NCBI GenBank assembly: GCA_905178155.1
Contig: CAJINV010000003.1
Location: 517,091 to 581,090 of the forward strand
From: Amoebophrya sp. A120
Taxonomy: Eukaryota; Protista; Dinoflagellata
DNA length: 64,000 nucleotides
Direction of reading: 5' to 3'
Shown: piece after piece, positions 1 through 11,087 of the stretch
Position numbering within the stretch: the first letter of the stretch is position 1
Layout of the letters: each line of letters opens with the position of its first letter
The notes under the pieces: generated by a model
The model's database searches: none
What the model was told of the DNA's origin: nothing
What the model saw: only the letters and a program-made list of their open reading frames with translations
Translations under genes and position numbers: made by a program

Positions 1-104
1 TCTGCATCTCCATCTTCATGTGAAGGTCACGCCTTCAAATTTCAGTATCCGAATTCGCACTCCTGTAGTTCCTCGAGTTGAAATAAAACCATGAAATTGT
101 TCAG

Positions 105-3100
105 AGTGTGACCGGCTCCAAGCCCTTGTGGACGAGGAGCGGTCCCGGCACCAGGAGAGCGAGCAGACCCTCCTGGAAACGCAGCGCAAAACCCTGCACG
201 AGCACAACCTGGGCCTCGCGAAGCTGTCCGAAATGATGCCCATCGCGAGTCACCAGCAGATCTTGGAGGAAACGCGGCGCCACCACCACGCTGGGATGCT
301 GGAACTGGAGCAGAACCTGCGCGGGCAGTATATGGCGTTCTCAAACGTTACATTTTCAACTGTTACGTGATTTGTCATGCAGAATGACCATGACCCGCCA
401 GACGATCGAGCTGCTGGGCATGACAAATTCTTGGAGGGCTAAGCAGCACGAAACTCTGCACGAAACCTGTAATGCAAGACGCGCAAGGTTCTCCCTCTCA
501 CCGGTGCTAGTCTTGCATTACAAATTCATGTAACAGTTGAGAATGTAACAGTTGAGAACGCCATACAGTACCAGAAGCAGCTCTCCGAGCAGAGCGAGCA
601 GGAGGAGAGAAAGCAGAAGGAGTTCCAAGACACCCTCCTGCACGTCCGCACCGGGCTATGAGAGTGCACAACTAGAACTACACCCCGTCCCCCTCAATTG
701 TCAATTGCATGGCACGAGCAGCAAGACAAACACCAATTTTACACGTGGAGCCTGTGCATGACAAGTTGTTCAAGGGCCGAATTTAGTACGGTTTGGGCTT
801 CCGAAATTTGTCATGCAAACGGTTTTGCCACAAGGCACCAAATCAATTGATGGGGACTTTGCATTACAAATGAGGGAGAGGGGGAGCAGTTGTGCACTGT
901 CATACGGCCTGAAGAAGCTCGAAGCGCAGCGGGACGACGCCTCGCGGAAGGCCAAGACCAGCGACGAAGAAAGCGTGAGCTTGCGGCAGCAGCTCCGCCG
1001 GGTCACCACGGAGGCCAAGGACCTGGAGGAGAGCAAGAAGCTGTTTGCGCAGAACCTGGAGGAGGCGAACAGCAATCTGGTCCGGCTCCGGCAGATGTGG
1101 GAGGAGGAGAAGTCGAACCGGTTGAGCGCGGAGAAAACGAACACGGAGTTGAAGCGCAAGCTCGCCGTGAAGGACGAATTTTTGAAGAAGGAGCGGGGCG
1201 TCTTGATGGAGGACCTGGAGCGGACCATCGGGAGCAAACTGCGGTGGGCCGAGGACGAAACGGAGCGCCTGCTGTCCAAAACGCAGTCCGCGGACCAGGA
1301 GACGGACCGTCTCCGCGCGGCGCTGGCCGCGAAGGACGCGAAGATCATCCAGATGCTGGACGACCGGTCGGATTTGGAGCGCAAGTTCGCGCGCGACCAG
1401 GCGGTGGGAAGGAAGGCAGTGGAGCTGCTTGTGAACTGCCAGCAAACCACGAAGTTGTTCTGCGACGCGGCGAGGAGAGAACTGGCCTTTCTGAAGAAGT
1501 CCGTACAGGAGGAGGTGCAGACGGTCTTCCATGACGTCCTGTCCACACGGTGCGCGTCGCTGCAGCAGATGCTGAAGCAGCAGGACCGGCAGTCGGAGAA
1601 AACGCGACTCAGCCTGAAACGGGAGATCGCAGACCAGTCTGAGAAAACGCTGTCGCAAAAGCAGCAGTACCAGGACATTCTGGCGCAGCAGCGCGCTGTC
1701 AACAAGCAGTTCGAGTTCGTCACAAAAGAACGAGACGAATTCAAGCGGAAACTGGACGCTGCAAAGGACAAACACCAAGAGCAGGAATTGTTGCTGGAAA
1801 GGATACTCAGGTACAACGTGTGTTTTGTTTCATCAAATCGGGCCACGGTCTTTGTATCTCGAACGCCGCGCCACCACGTCACACGATCAGTATGATATGA
1901 AATGCAAGGTAAGTAAAGACGAGCTGAAGATGAATCTTTCTTCAAAATCATGGAAGCTCCACATCGACATAGTACAATATTACAAGTCTAACAAGACGCA
2001 ACCAATGAGAACAATTCGAACAACTACCATCCACAGCGCTGTTGTCGCTCCCCTTCCAGCGCTCGACCAGAACAAGGAGGCGTTGCTGCTGGCCTCGACG
2101 AGCGGCACGAGCAAGACGGAAGTTTCGGAGCAGATCAAGTCGTTTCGCGCGAAAATCGCGGCCACGATTGACGACATCCGCAAGGGAGCGTTGCAGGACC
2201 ACGAGAAAACGACGAATTTTAAACTGAAGGCCATGGAGGAAAAGCTGGCGCACGAGCTCGGATTCCAGAAAGAAAGCGAGATGAAAGCGAAGACGGACCA
2301 CGAGAGGCAGCTCGCGGAATACGCACTGCAAATGGCCGAAATGCGGGGGACCGTCGCGACCCTCGAAGACCGTCACCGGGAAATCGTCGCGAAAAACAAC
2401 TCACTCGAAGCGGAGCTAAAGGAGGCCGAGACGGATCTCAAGTACTTACTTACCTAGGCTTCATGGAGGCTTTGTATCTTGTTAGGCCTCTGCACTGCAA
2501 AACTCAACTCGAGATGATGATGACGTCCTGCAGGGGCAACGTTGTCTCCAGCGCTCCTAGTTGATACGTACTTACTGAAAGATGATCGAGTAACGTTTTC
2601 TAACCAGCTATTCATCACATACATATTCCCTGTACATGTAAAATGCTCTATCGCTACTAGGTTCTACGCCTCGCGTTGCGAGGAGCAGAGCGAAGAGCTG
2701 GAGAGAAGGAGGGAGCGCGAGGACGAGACCACCCGGGAAACGGAGCTGCTGGTGGATATGAGAGTGCACAACTCCCCCTCCCCCTCATTTGTGATGCAAA
2801 ATGTCTAATTTACACCTTGCCTCTGGGCACTGTTAGCATGACAAGTTCTGGCAGCCCAAATAGCACTACACTCCTGTCCAAATTTGTCATGCAAAACCTG
2901 TGCTCTAGGTGACGCTTGTATTGCCGTTCATGCAACACAAATGAGGGCGAGGGGGAGTTGTGCACTCTCATAGTGGAGCTTGCCAAGACGGAAGCGGTGC
3001 AGCCGGTGAAGGAGCAGATGTATCGCAAGGAAAAATCCCCCCTCCCCATATTGAAGAGGTAGGTTTTCGAAAATTTGTGTTGCTGATTTGAGGTCACAAA

Positions 3101-4128
3101 TCGCGTTTGTGTTGCAAGAAGACAAGGGCAGCAGCTTCCGTCCCATTCTGGAGGCGGTTTGTCATGCTGTTGCGCCAACATCACGGACGCTTCTCATGCT
3201 AAGCGCCTAAGTCAAAGCATCTCTGCTCAGGCTTGATATGGGTCTGCAGTCCTCTCTAGCAGGACAGATGTGATTTGTGTACTCAAATACAGCAACACAA
3301 ATTCCGCTTTCGATATGGGGAGGGGGGATTTTTCCTCACAATAAGATGCGGGAGGTGTTCCAGGAGGCGGAACGCCTGCAGAACCGGTTTGCGAAAGACC
3401 TGCACGACCGGGACCAGCAGTGGGAGAGCATGGTCGAACAGATCCGGCAGGATTCCAACCAGCTGCTCGGGCAGCGGGAGAAGGAGTACCAGGCGGCAAA
3501 CGCCAAACTCGAGCGGGAACTCGAGCGCGGTCGGGAGCGCGAACAGGAGCTGGTGGCCGAGGTTGCGAAGGCGAAGCACGAAGTGACCCTGCGGCAAAGC
3601 TCCATGATGAGCGAGATCGATCGCGCGGCGACCGCGCAGAAGCGTGCGGAGCACGAGTGCGAACAGGTGCGGCGAGAGATGAAAAACGTGCAAGAGGCCA
3701 GCTCGCGACAGCACCGCACCATGCAAGAAGCGCTCGATCTCAAAACACGGCTTGCAGAGGAGGTATTGATAAAGTTTTCCTTTGTAGTTTCTGATTCTGT
3801 GGCTCTTTCTCTTCTCGACGGCCAGTAAAGGTAGATGCTTTGTTCATCGGTCAGCTTGTGAAGAAACTGCACTCAGATCCAACGCGAGAACCGGCAGCTG
3901 GTTGCGGATCGGGATGAGGAAATCCGCAAGATAACTGAGCTCAAAGAGGACGAGCTGGAAAGGCTGCAGTCGACGATCAAGAACCAATACGCGCAGCCAC
4001 GCACGGTCTCCCAGGTGGTGACGCAGCAGGAACAGCTCGAAAAAGAGGCCGAGTCGCTTAGTATGCGGGTCAAACAACATCTTGCGTCCCCAGACCACGA
4101 CGATGGACCAGCCGGCGGGAGGGGCTGA
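105..4128 (+). CDS. Long coiled-coil protein, multi-exon, 5' end outside the window
   Basis: E/K/Q/R-rich heptad-like exons join in frame: 105-330, 571-656, 910-1810, 2037-2441, 2661-2756, 2978-3020, 3349-3762, 3877-4128. GT-AG introns at 1811-2036, 2442-2660 and 3763-3876, plus four TIR/DR elements. Confidence 0.8.
331..565. mobile_element. Introner-like TIR element 1 (non-canonical intron)
   Basis: TATGGCGTTCTCAA...TTGAGAACGCCATA, ~44-bp imperfect TIR. DR CAGTA at 326-330 and 566-570. Removing 240 nt restores RGQYQKQL. Confidence 0.9.
657..904. mobile_element. Introner-like TIR element 2 (family B)
   Basis: TATGAGAGTGCACAACT...AGTTGTGCACTGTCATA. DR CGGGC/CGGCC. Removal restores RTGLKKLEAQ. 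Confidence 0.88.
2757..2972. mobile_element. Introner-like TIR element 3 (family B, opposite orientation to element 2)
   Basis: ~40-bp TIR TATGAGAGTGCACAACTCCCCCTC. DR GTGGA. Removal restores ELLVELAKTE. Confidence 0.92.
3021..3343. mobile_element. Introner-like TIR element 4 (family C)
   Basis: TIR TATcgcaAGGAAAAATCCCCCCTCCCCATAT. DR AGATG. Removal restores KEQMREVFQ. Confidence 0.92.
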
Positions 4129-4543
4129 AACAGCCGCGACTGTTGATTTTCCCCGGGGGAAAAGAAGGTTGGAGTGCGGGTCCTTCCGCCCAGCTGAGGT
4201 CGTCGTTTTTGCGCTCGGCAAAAATTCCGCCAAGAGGACTACGAACGCGTCTAGTACCAGCACGCACTTTACGCAAGCTTTCGTCCGCGCGTGCGTCGGA
4301 GGACGGGATGAACGCTGCACGATTGGCGGAGGCGTTGGTGTGTCCGATTCTGCTGAGGATGTAGCTAGATGTACATAAAAACAACTTTTTGGGTTGCCGC
4401 AAATTCTGCCCTCGCCGGTCAGAGGTGTTGAGAAGTAATGAGTACTTAGCTGCTTTCTGCACTGCGCTACCTCGACTGCGCGACAGTCGTCTGAACGCTC
4501 GCAAGACTCTCGAGTACTGTCCATAGTAAGCTGTTGCACAAAA

Positions 4544-4870
4544 ATGTTCAACGAGCGGAAACGCTATCATACATTCACCGTAGAAAGAGATTTGGTTGCA
4601 CAGAAACGCGTGCCGTTTGCAGAATTACTTGATATTCTGCAAAAATTGTTCACTTATACGGGCGAAACAGATCTGAGACTGAGCCCGCCAGCGGCGCCGC
4701 GCAACCACGAAACTGGGTGTGCAACAGATGTCGAGGGTGCTGGGAGCGTAAGCGAAAAGCTGAAGAATAGCACGTTGATTGTTTCTTACCAGAGCGAGGT
4801 AACAAATGCAAATGGACCAACTAACATGGACCAACTAACGCGGAATTTGTTCTTTGATTCCGATGAGTGA
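4544..4870 (+). CDS. Possible small hypothetical protein or exon
   Basis: 108-aa ATG-initiated ORF of plausible composition on the coding strand, followed by a T-rich tract. No recognisable motif. Confidence 0.25.
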   Translation: MFNERKRYHTFTVERDLVAQKRVPFAELLDILQKLFTYTGETDLRLSPPAAPRNHETGCATDVEGAGSVSEKLKNSTLIVSYQSEVTNANGPTNMDQLTRNLFFDSDE

Positions 4871-6365
4871 CGTTTTTTGTCGACGTGTTTTTTTTTTGAT
4901 TTCCTATTCCTATAAAATTTTGCGGAAGTGCAGCTTTTGGTTGGCTTTCGTATGAAATTCAAGGTATTTCGTGGTGTGCGTCTGTTGTTTGGCGTTCATA
5001 TAAATCAGAATGCCCACAGCCTCAGCCATCCGAGCCAGCGCCGCTTCGCCGGCCATTCCCAGGGCGGCCGAGAGTTCCGGGGGCGAGCGTCGGCGTTGCC
5101 GTCGCCGAAAGCAGTGGCGCCATTGCCACAATGCCAGCCCGGGCGCAAGTACGGGAAGCGCGAAGGACGTCCAGATCGGAAATCCGGGCGGCGAGCGACT
5201 TGAAGGAGGACACGAAAAAACAGAGAGGGGTCGACGATGCGACAGGGGAAGCCCCCCAGCCCTGAAGAAAGGGGGGCCGTATCTGGCGGGCGATTGGATG
5301 GGCGGCGCCCCTGCCTGGGGCGCGCGCGCCAGAAGCGATAGCCCCGCGCGCGCGCGTGCCTTGCTCGTGGCCGTCCTGCCGGATGGCAGGCCTCCGGCGG
5401 GAACTTGGCGTAGGCGGGCGGAACGCGCGGAAGAGAGGCCGGCTGGCGTCGAGAAATACTTATGTGCACGCGTAGCAGCTCAGACCTTCACATAGAACCC
5501 CCTGCGTCGATTATCCCAGACCCCCCTGGGATGTTTTTTTAATCATCTCAGACCCCTCGCTCGGGGCCCGGCGCCTCATTGGGCTTGTGCCCGGCCTGTA
5601 CTTAGACGGGCGGCCCTTTGTTCGGGTCGCCTGCCTGTAGAAGTGGATGGGGCGCGCCCCGCCTGGGCGGTCCTTGACCTTGATTGTTTTGCCCAGATGA
5701 ATGTTGCTCTGGGCGATTGCCCTCTTTGAGGCCACTTGCGCGCCCCGAAGGGAGCTCCAGCTGGCGCGCCGCTCACGCGTGGCCAGCAGTCGCCTGGCCC
5801 GCCCTTCGCTCGTTGGCCCAGTGAAGTATGGGTATTTGTACCGATCAGGCATCTCCTTCGCGCACGTTGTTCTTTCATCGAGTGTTGACCATCCCGACTT
5901 ATTTGCGGGGGTCGGAGGTCCTGTGCGCATGACCATGAGCAGTATTTCTTTATAAGAAACAGGAGTAGGAGGAAAAAGAATAAAGCGCAGGCGCGCATCT
6001 ACTAGTCCTTGTGGATGGACGGTTGATATTGCTGAGTCGATGAGGATGAGGTCGAGGGAAAAGTGTTGCTGGGGCAGGTTGGGAGCATGAACATGATGAT
6101 CACCTGCCTGATTATTGCGAGCGAGAGAGGACGGGAAGGAGCTGCCTGTGCCTCTCTCTCAGCAGGGTAAGGCGTATTTCATTTGGTATTGGTATATTGA
6201 CAGCTCTCAGGAGTGTAGGTTCCTTTGAATTCTGTGCAACACAAGATGCAAAAGTAAAAGGAACCCGAGGAGCACGAGCAGGACGTGGACGCGGAACAAG
6301 GCATACTAGAGGAGGAACACGAACACCGGAGGTCAACACGGTACTAGCACGCAAAAACCTCCGTA

Positions 6366-7223
6366 ATGCAGGAACCACTTCTCAGCACCACCGGCGCGGC
6401 GAGGGGCGCCGGAAATGACACGGATGCTCCGCCCCCGAAGGCACCAGGTGGTACCTCCTTAGCGTACGGATGCATCCCCTGCGAAAAGTTGCTGATCTGG
6501 CGCGGCGACGGGAGCAGCCGCGTTCTCTGGAAGAGCATCTGCAGCTTCGTGCTCGTGGCGGAGATTGGGTACTACATCTACCTCGTTTACGAACATTTCC
6601 CGCTCCTCGTCGTGTTTGCCCTTTTTTCCCTTGCCAAGTTTCTCGTGGAGACATGGGGGCAGGACACGCCGACCTGGGTTTGCCCGGGCGGAATCGGCAT
6701 GTTTTTGTTCATCTACGTGGTCATCATTCCCGGTCTGTTATTGTACCCCAACGGCGTGTGTACCAAGAACCAGGACATCACGTTCCCCTACCACTCCGTC
6801 CTCGGCGGCTTGCTGTTCTTCGGGGGATCGTGCTACGCGTTGAGTTACGAGGTGGGCCGGTTCCGCTGGAAGCAGGACCCGGCGAACAAGGGAAAGCTAC
6901 ACACGATCGGTCTGGCGCAGTACTGCATTCACCCCAACTACCTTGGCGACCTGTTCACGTACACGGGCTGGGGTCTGGCGGCGGGAACCACCTGCGCCAT
7001 TACCACGCCGATCTTCATGGTCTGGAGCTTCCTGGTCTTCGTGTGCCCGAATTCGGACGCGTACCTGGCGCAGCGATATTGGCGCGAGTGGCCAGACTAC
7101 GAGGCCAAAACAGCGACATTGATCCCGTTTTTTCGCTCGAAAGTGCTAAGCCAGGTGCTGGCGTGGGTGGCGTTTGCGGTAGGTGGGTGGCTCTACGGCA
7201 GCTGTGCGGGGCAGTGCGGGTAA
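6366..7223 (+). CDS. DUF1295 / steroid 5-alpha-reductase-like integral membrane protein
   Basis: 285 aa, several hydrophobic segments, motif KGKLHTIGLAQYCIHPNYLGDLFTYTGW and terminal YEAKTATLIPF. Intronless. Confidence 0.8.
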   Translation: MQEPLLSTTGAARGAGNDTDAPPPKAPGGTSLAYGCIPCEKLLIWRGDGSSRVLWKSICSFVLVAEIGYYIYLVYEHFPLLVVFALFSLAKFLVETWGQDTPTWVCPGGIGMFLFIYVVIIPGLLLYPNGVCTKNQDITFPYHSVLGGLLFFGGSCYALSYEVGRFRWKQDPANKGKLHTIGLAQYCIHPNYLGDLFTYTGWGLAAGTTCAITTPIFMVWSFLVFVCPNSDAYLAQRYWREWPDYEAKTATLIPFFRSKVLSQVLAWVAFAVGGWLYGSCAGQCG

Positions 7224-7689
7224 ATCAAGAAGTTGACGAGTCAAGTCTCCATTTTTGCGTACTTATCAACCCATTTGCTTTTACGAGCAATGGTTTGGAT
7301 TTTTTCTGGCCGTGTGTTCGTCTGATTCCACCGCTGCACCCGCCGGGAAGATGCTAGGGCGGCCCGCCGCGGTTCATTGTGTGCGCGAACTTCCTGCTGC
7401 ATCGTGAACCGACAGGAGCTATTGCCTTTTTTAGGGGCACTTCACAGAGCGCTCATTTAGGGGCTTCACAGATGAGGAAAGGCGGCCGAGGTTAGCGGAG
7501 AAATACGCAGTAGTATCATCAAAATTGCGGCCCGACCCGAACACGCAAAAAAGACGGTTGCTTTTTGGAGGTTTCACCCTATTGCAGCCCGTTTGTGGGT
7601 CCCGCAGCCCCTGTAGATTGCGCCGGCGGCTGCTGCGATCCGCATAGTAGGAACGTCGGTTGGGCGGGCGCGGCCGGCGAGCCGGCTGG

Positions 7690-10541
7690 CATGCGAGTTC
7701 CCGGCTCTTTTTCGGCAGAATAGCATGCAAGTTCCCGGGCTTTTTTCGGCCCGGGCGCGCGGCCGGGTTCCGGGGCGGCAATAGATGAGCCAAAAACCGT
7801 TGCCATAGCGTGCAGAATAGCACTCAAATTCCCGGGCTTTTTTCGGCCCCCCGGGCGCGCGGCCGGGTCCATCCGGGCCGGCGGTGGGCCCGGCAATAGA
7901 AGTGCCAAAAACCGTCGCCATGGCGTGCAGAATGGCATGCAAATTTCCGGGCTTTTTTCGGCCCGGGCGCGCGGCCGGGTTCATCCGGGCCCGCCGGTGG
8001 GCCCGGCAATAGAAGTGCCAAAAACCGTCGCCATAGCGTGCAGAATGGCATGCAAATTTCCGGGCTTTTTTCGGCCCGGGCGCGAAACCGGGTTCATCCG
8101 GGCCGGTGGGCCCGGCAATAGAAGTGCCAAAAACCGTCGCCATAGCGTGCAGAATGGCATGCAAATTTCCGGGCTTTTTTCGGCCCGGGCGCGAAACCGG
8201 GTTCATCCGGGCCGGTGGGCCCGGCAATAGAAGTGCCAAAAACCGTCGCCATAGCGTGCAGAATGGCATGCAAATTTCCGGGCTTTTTTCGGCCCGGGCG
8301 CGAAACCGGGTTCATCCGGGCCGGTGGGCCCGGCAATAGAAGTGCCAAAAACCGTCGCCATAGCGTGCAGAATGGCATGCAAATTTCCGGGCTTTTTTCG
8401 GCCCGGGCGCGAAACCGGGTTCATCCGGGCCGGTGGGCCCGGCAATAGAAGTGCCAAAAACCGTCGCCATAGCGTGCAGAATGGCATGCAAATTTCCGGG
8501 CTTTTTTCGGCCCGGGCGCGAAACCGGGTTCATCCGGGCCGGTGGGCCCGGCAATAGAAGTGCCAAAAACCGTCGCCATAGCGTGCAGAATGGCATGCAA
8601 ATTTCCGGGCTTTTTTCGGCCCGGGCGCGAAACCGGGTTCATCCGGGCCGGTGGGCCCGGCAATAGAAGTGCCAAAAACCGTCGCCATAGCGTGCAGAAT
8701 GGCATGCAAATTTCCGGGCTTTTTTCGGCCCGGGCGCGAAACCGGGTTCATCCGGGCCGGTGGGCCCGGCAATAGAAGTGCCAAAAACCGTCGCCATAGC
8801 GTGCAGAATGGCATGCAAATTTCCGGGCTTTTTTCGGCCCGGGCGCGAAACCGGGTTCATCCGGGCCGGTGGGCCCGGCAATAGAAGTGCCAAAAACCGT
8901 CGCCATAGCGTGCAGAATGGCATGCAAATTTCCGGGCTTTTTTCGGCCCGGGCGCGAAACCGGGTTCATCCGGGCCGGTGGGCCCGGCAATAGAAGTGCC
9001 AAAAACCGTCGCCATAGCGTGCAGAATGGCATGCAAATTTCCGGGCTTTTTTCGGCCCGGGCGCGAAACCGGGTTCATCCGGGCCGGTGGGCCCGGCAAT
9101 AGAAGTGCCAAAAACCGTCGCCATAGCGTGCAGAATGGCATGCAAATTGCCGGGCTTTTTTCGGCCCGGGCGCGAAACCGGGTTCATCCGGGCCGGTGGG
9201 CCCGGCAATAGAAGTGCCAAAAACCGTCGCCGTAGCGTGCAGAATGGCATGCAAATTTCCGGGCTTTTTTCGGCCCGGGCGCGCGGCCGGGTTCATCCGG
9301 GCCGGTGGGCCCGGCAATAGAAGTGCCAAGAACCGTCGCCATAGCGTGCAGAATGGCATGCAAATTCCCGGGCTTTTTCCGGCCCGGGCGCGCGGCCAGG
9401 TTCCGGGGCGGCAGTAAATGAGCCAAAAACCGTCGCCATAGCGTGCTGGGTAGCACGCAAATTTCCGGGGTTTTTTCGGCCCGGGCGCGCGGCCGGGCCC
9501 CGGGGCGGCAGTAAATGAGCCAAAAGCCGTCGCCTTAGCGTGCTGGATAGCACGCAAATTTCCGGGTTTTTTTCGGCCCGGGCGCGCGGCCGGGTCCCGG
9601 GGCGGCAGTAAATGAGCCAAAAATCGTCGCCATAGCGTGCTGAATAGCACGCAAATTTCCGGGCTTTTTTCGGCCCGGGCGCGCGGCCGGGTTCCCGGGC
9701 GGCAGACAGTAAATGAGCCAAAAACCGTGACCATAGCGTGCTGAATAGCACGCAAATTTCCGGGCTTTTTTCGGCCCAGGCGCGCGGCCGGGTTCCGGGG
9801 CGGCAGTAAATGAGCCAAAAACCGTCGCCATAGCGTGTTGAATAGCACGCAAATTTCCGGGCTTTTTTCGGCCCGGGCGCGCGGCCGGGTTCCGGGGCGG
9901 CAGTAAATGAGCCAAAAACCGTCGCCATAGCGTGCTGAATCACACGCAAAGTCCCGGGCTTTTTTCGGCCCGGGCGCGCGGCCGGGTTCCGGGGCGGCAG
10001 TAAATGAGCCAAAAACCGTCGCCATAGCGTGCTGAATAGCACGCAAAGTCCCGGGCTTTTTTCGGCCCGGGCGCGCGGCCGGGTTCCGGGGCGGCAGTAA
10101 ATGAGCCAAAAACCTTCGCCATAGCGTGCTAAATCAATAGCACGCAAATTTCCTGGCTTTCGGCCCGGGCGCGCGGCCGGGTTCCGGGGCGGCAGTAAAT
10201 GAGCCGTCAACCGTCACCATAGCGTGTTGAATAGCACGCAAATTTCCGGGCTTTTTTCGGCCCGGGCGCGCGGCCGGGTTCCGGGCCGGCAGTAAATGAG
10301 CCAAAAACCGTCACCCTAGCGTGCTGAATAGCACGCAAAGTTCCGGGCTTTTTTCGGCCCGGGCGCGCGGCCGGGTTCCGGGGCGGCAGTAGATGAGCCA
10401 AAAACCGTCGCCATAGCGTGCTGAATAGCACGCAAATTTCTGGGCTTTTTTCGGCCCGGGCGCGCGGCCGGGCTCCGGGGCGGCAGTAAATGAGCCAAAA
10501 ACCGTCGCCATAGCGTGCTGAATAGCATGCAAATTTCCGGG
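7690..10541. repeat. GC-rich tandem satellite with related 109-bp and 97-bp units
   Basis: Near-identical 109-bp units at ~7830-9360 (identical ORFs recur every 109 nt), flanked by more diverged 97-bp units. Both share AAAAACCGTCGCCATAGCGTG and GGCTTTTTTCGGCCCGGGCGCG. Confidence 0.97.
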
Positions 10542-11087
10542 GCAACCACATCAACAGGATGCCGACCCATGCCGACCCCGACGTCCGAGGGTTGTGTGTT
10601 TGTAGGTAGCTGCCGGTGCCGATTTTTGTGTCTGTTCGTTGGTCTTTCGTCCTTCTCGTACCACCACGGGCAAGGTTTTCATTCTCCGATAGATGGAGAA
10701 GGTACCACTCTCCGAGCTCCGAGATGAACATTGACTACGTAACATTGCATGGCAGCGCCGTGATTGTTACTTTCAACGCCGGTTGCGGCTGAAAGCCCGA
10801 CTCGCGGCTTGAGCTAGAAGAGGGCTGGATTTTTGAGAAGTGCAACCGGAAATCACAGAGCGATGACGCAGCTTTGCTGAATGAGAGGCCGATCAACTTG
10901 GGAACGAAGGGTGAGCGACGGCATTAGGTGTATGCTCGAGCCCCCGACGAGATGGGTTTTTTTTTTCTCGTGTGCAGAGCCAGTTGAAAATCGAGATTAT
11001 GTATGAAGTCATAATACTCATTATCATTTATTATTTCATGTGGAGGTCGGGTTCTTTTTTGTTTTTGTCGTTACCAACCACATCAAA

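Noticed and set aside
770-1951. 393-aa minus-strand ORF and similar antisense ORFs over GC3-rich exons
   Set aside because: They are shadow frames of + strand genes with no independent motifs.
2042-2060. Acceptor CCCTTCCAG at 2059 for the intron starting at 1811
   Set aside because: It gives a frameshift, whereas the AG at 2036 keeps the frame.
7431-10731. Many repeated ORFs on both strands in the satellite
   Set aside because: They are by-products of a stop-poor GC-rich tandem repeat whose unit lengths (109 and 97) are not multiples of 3.
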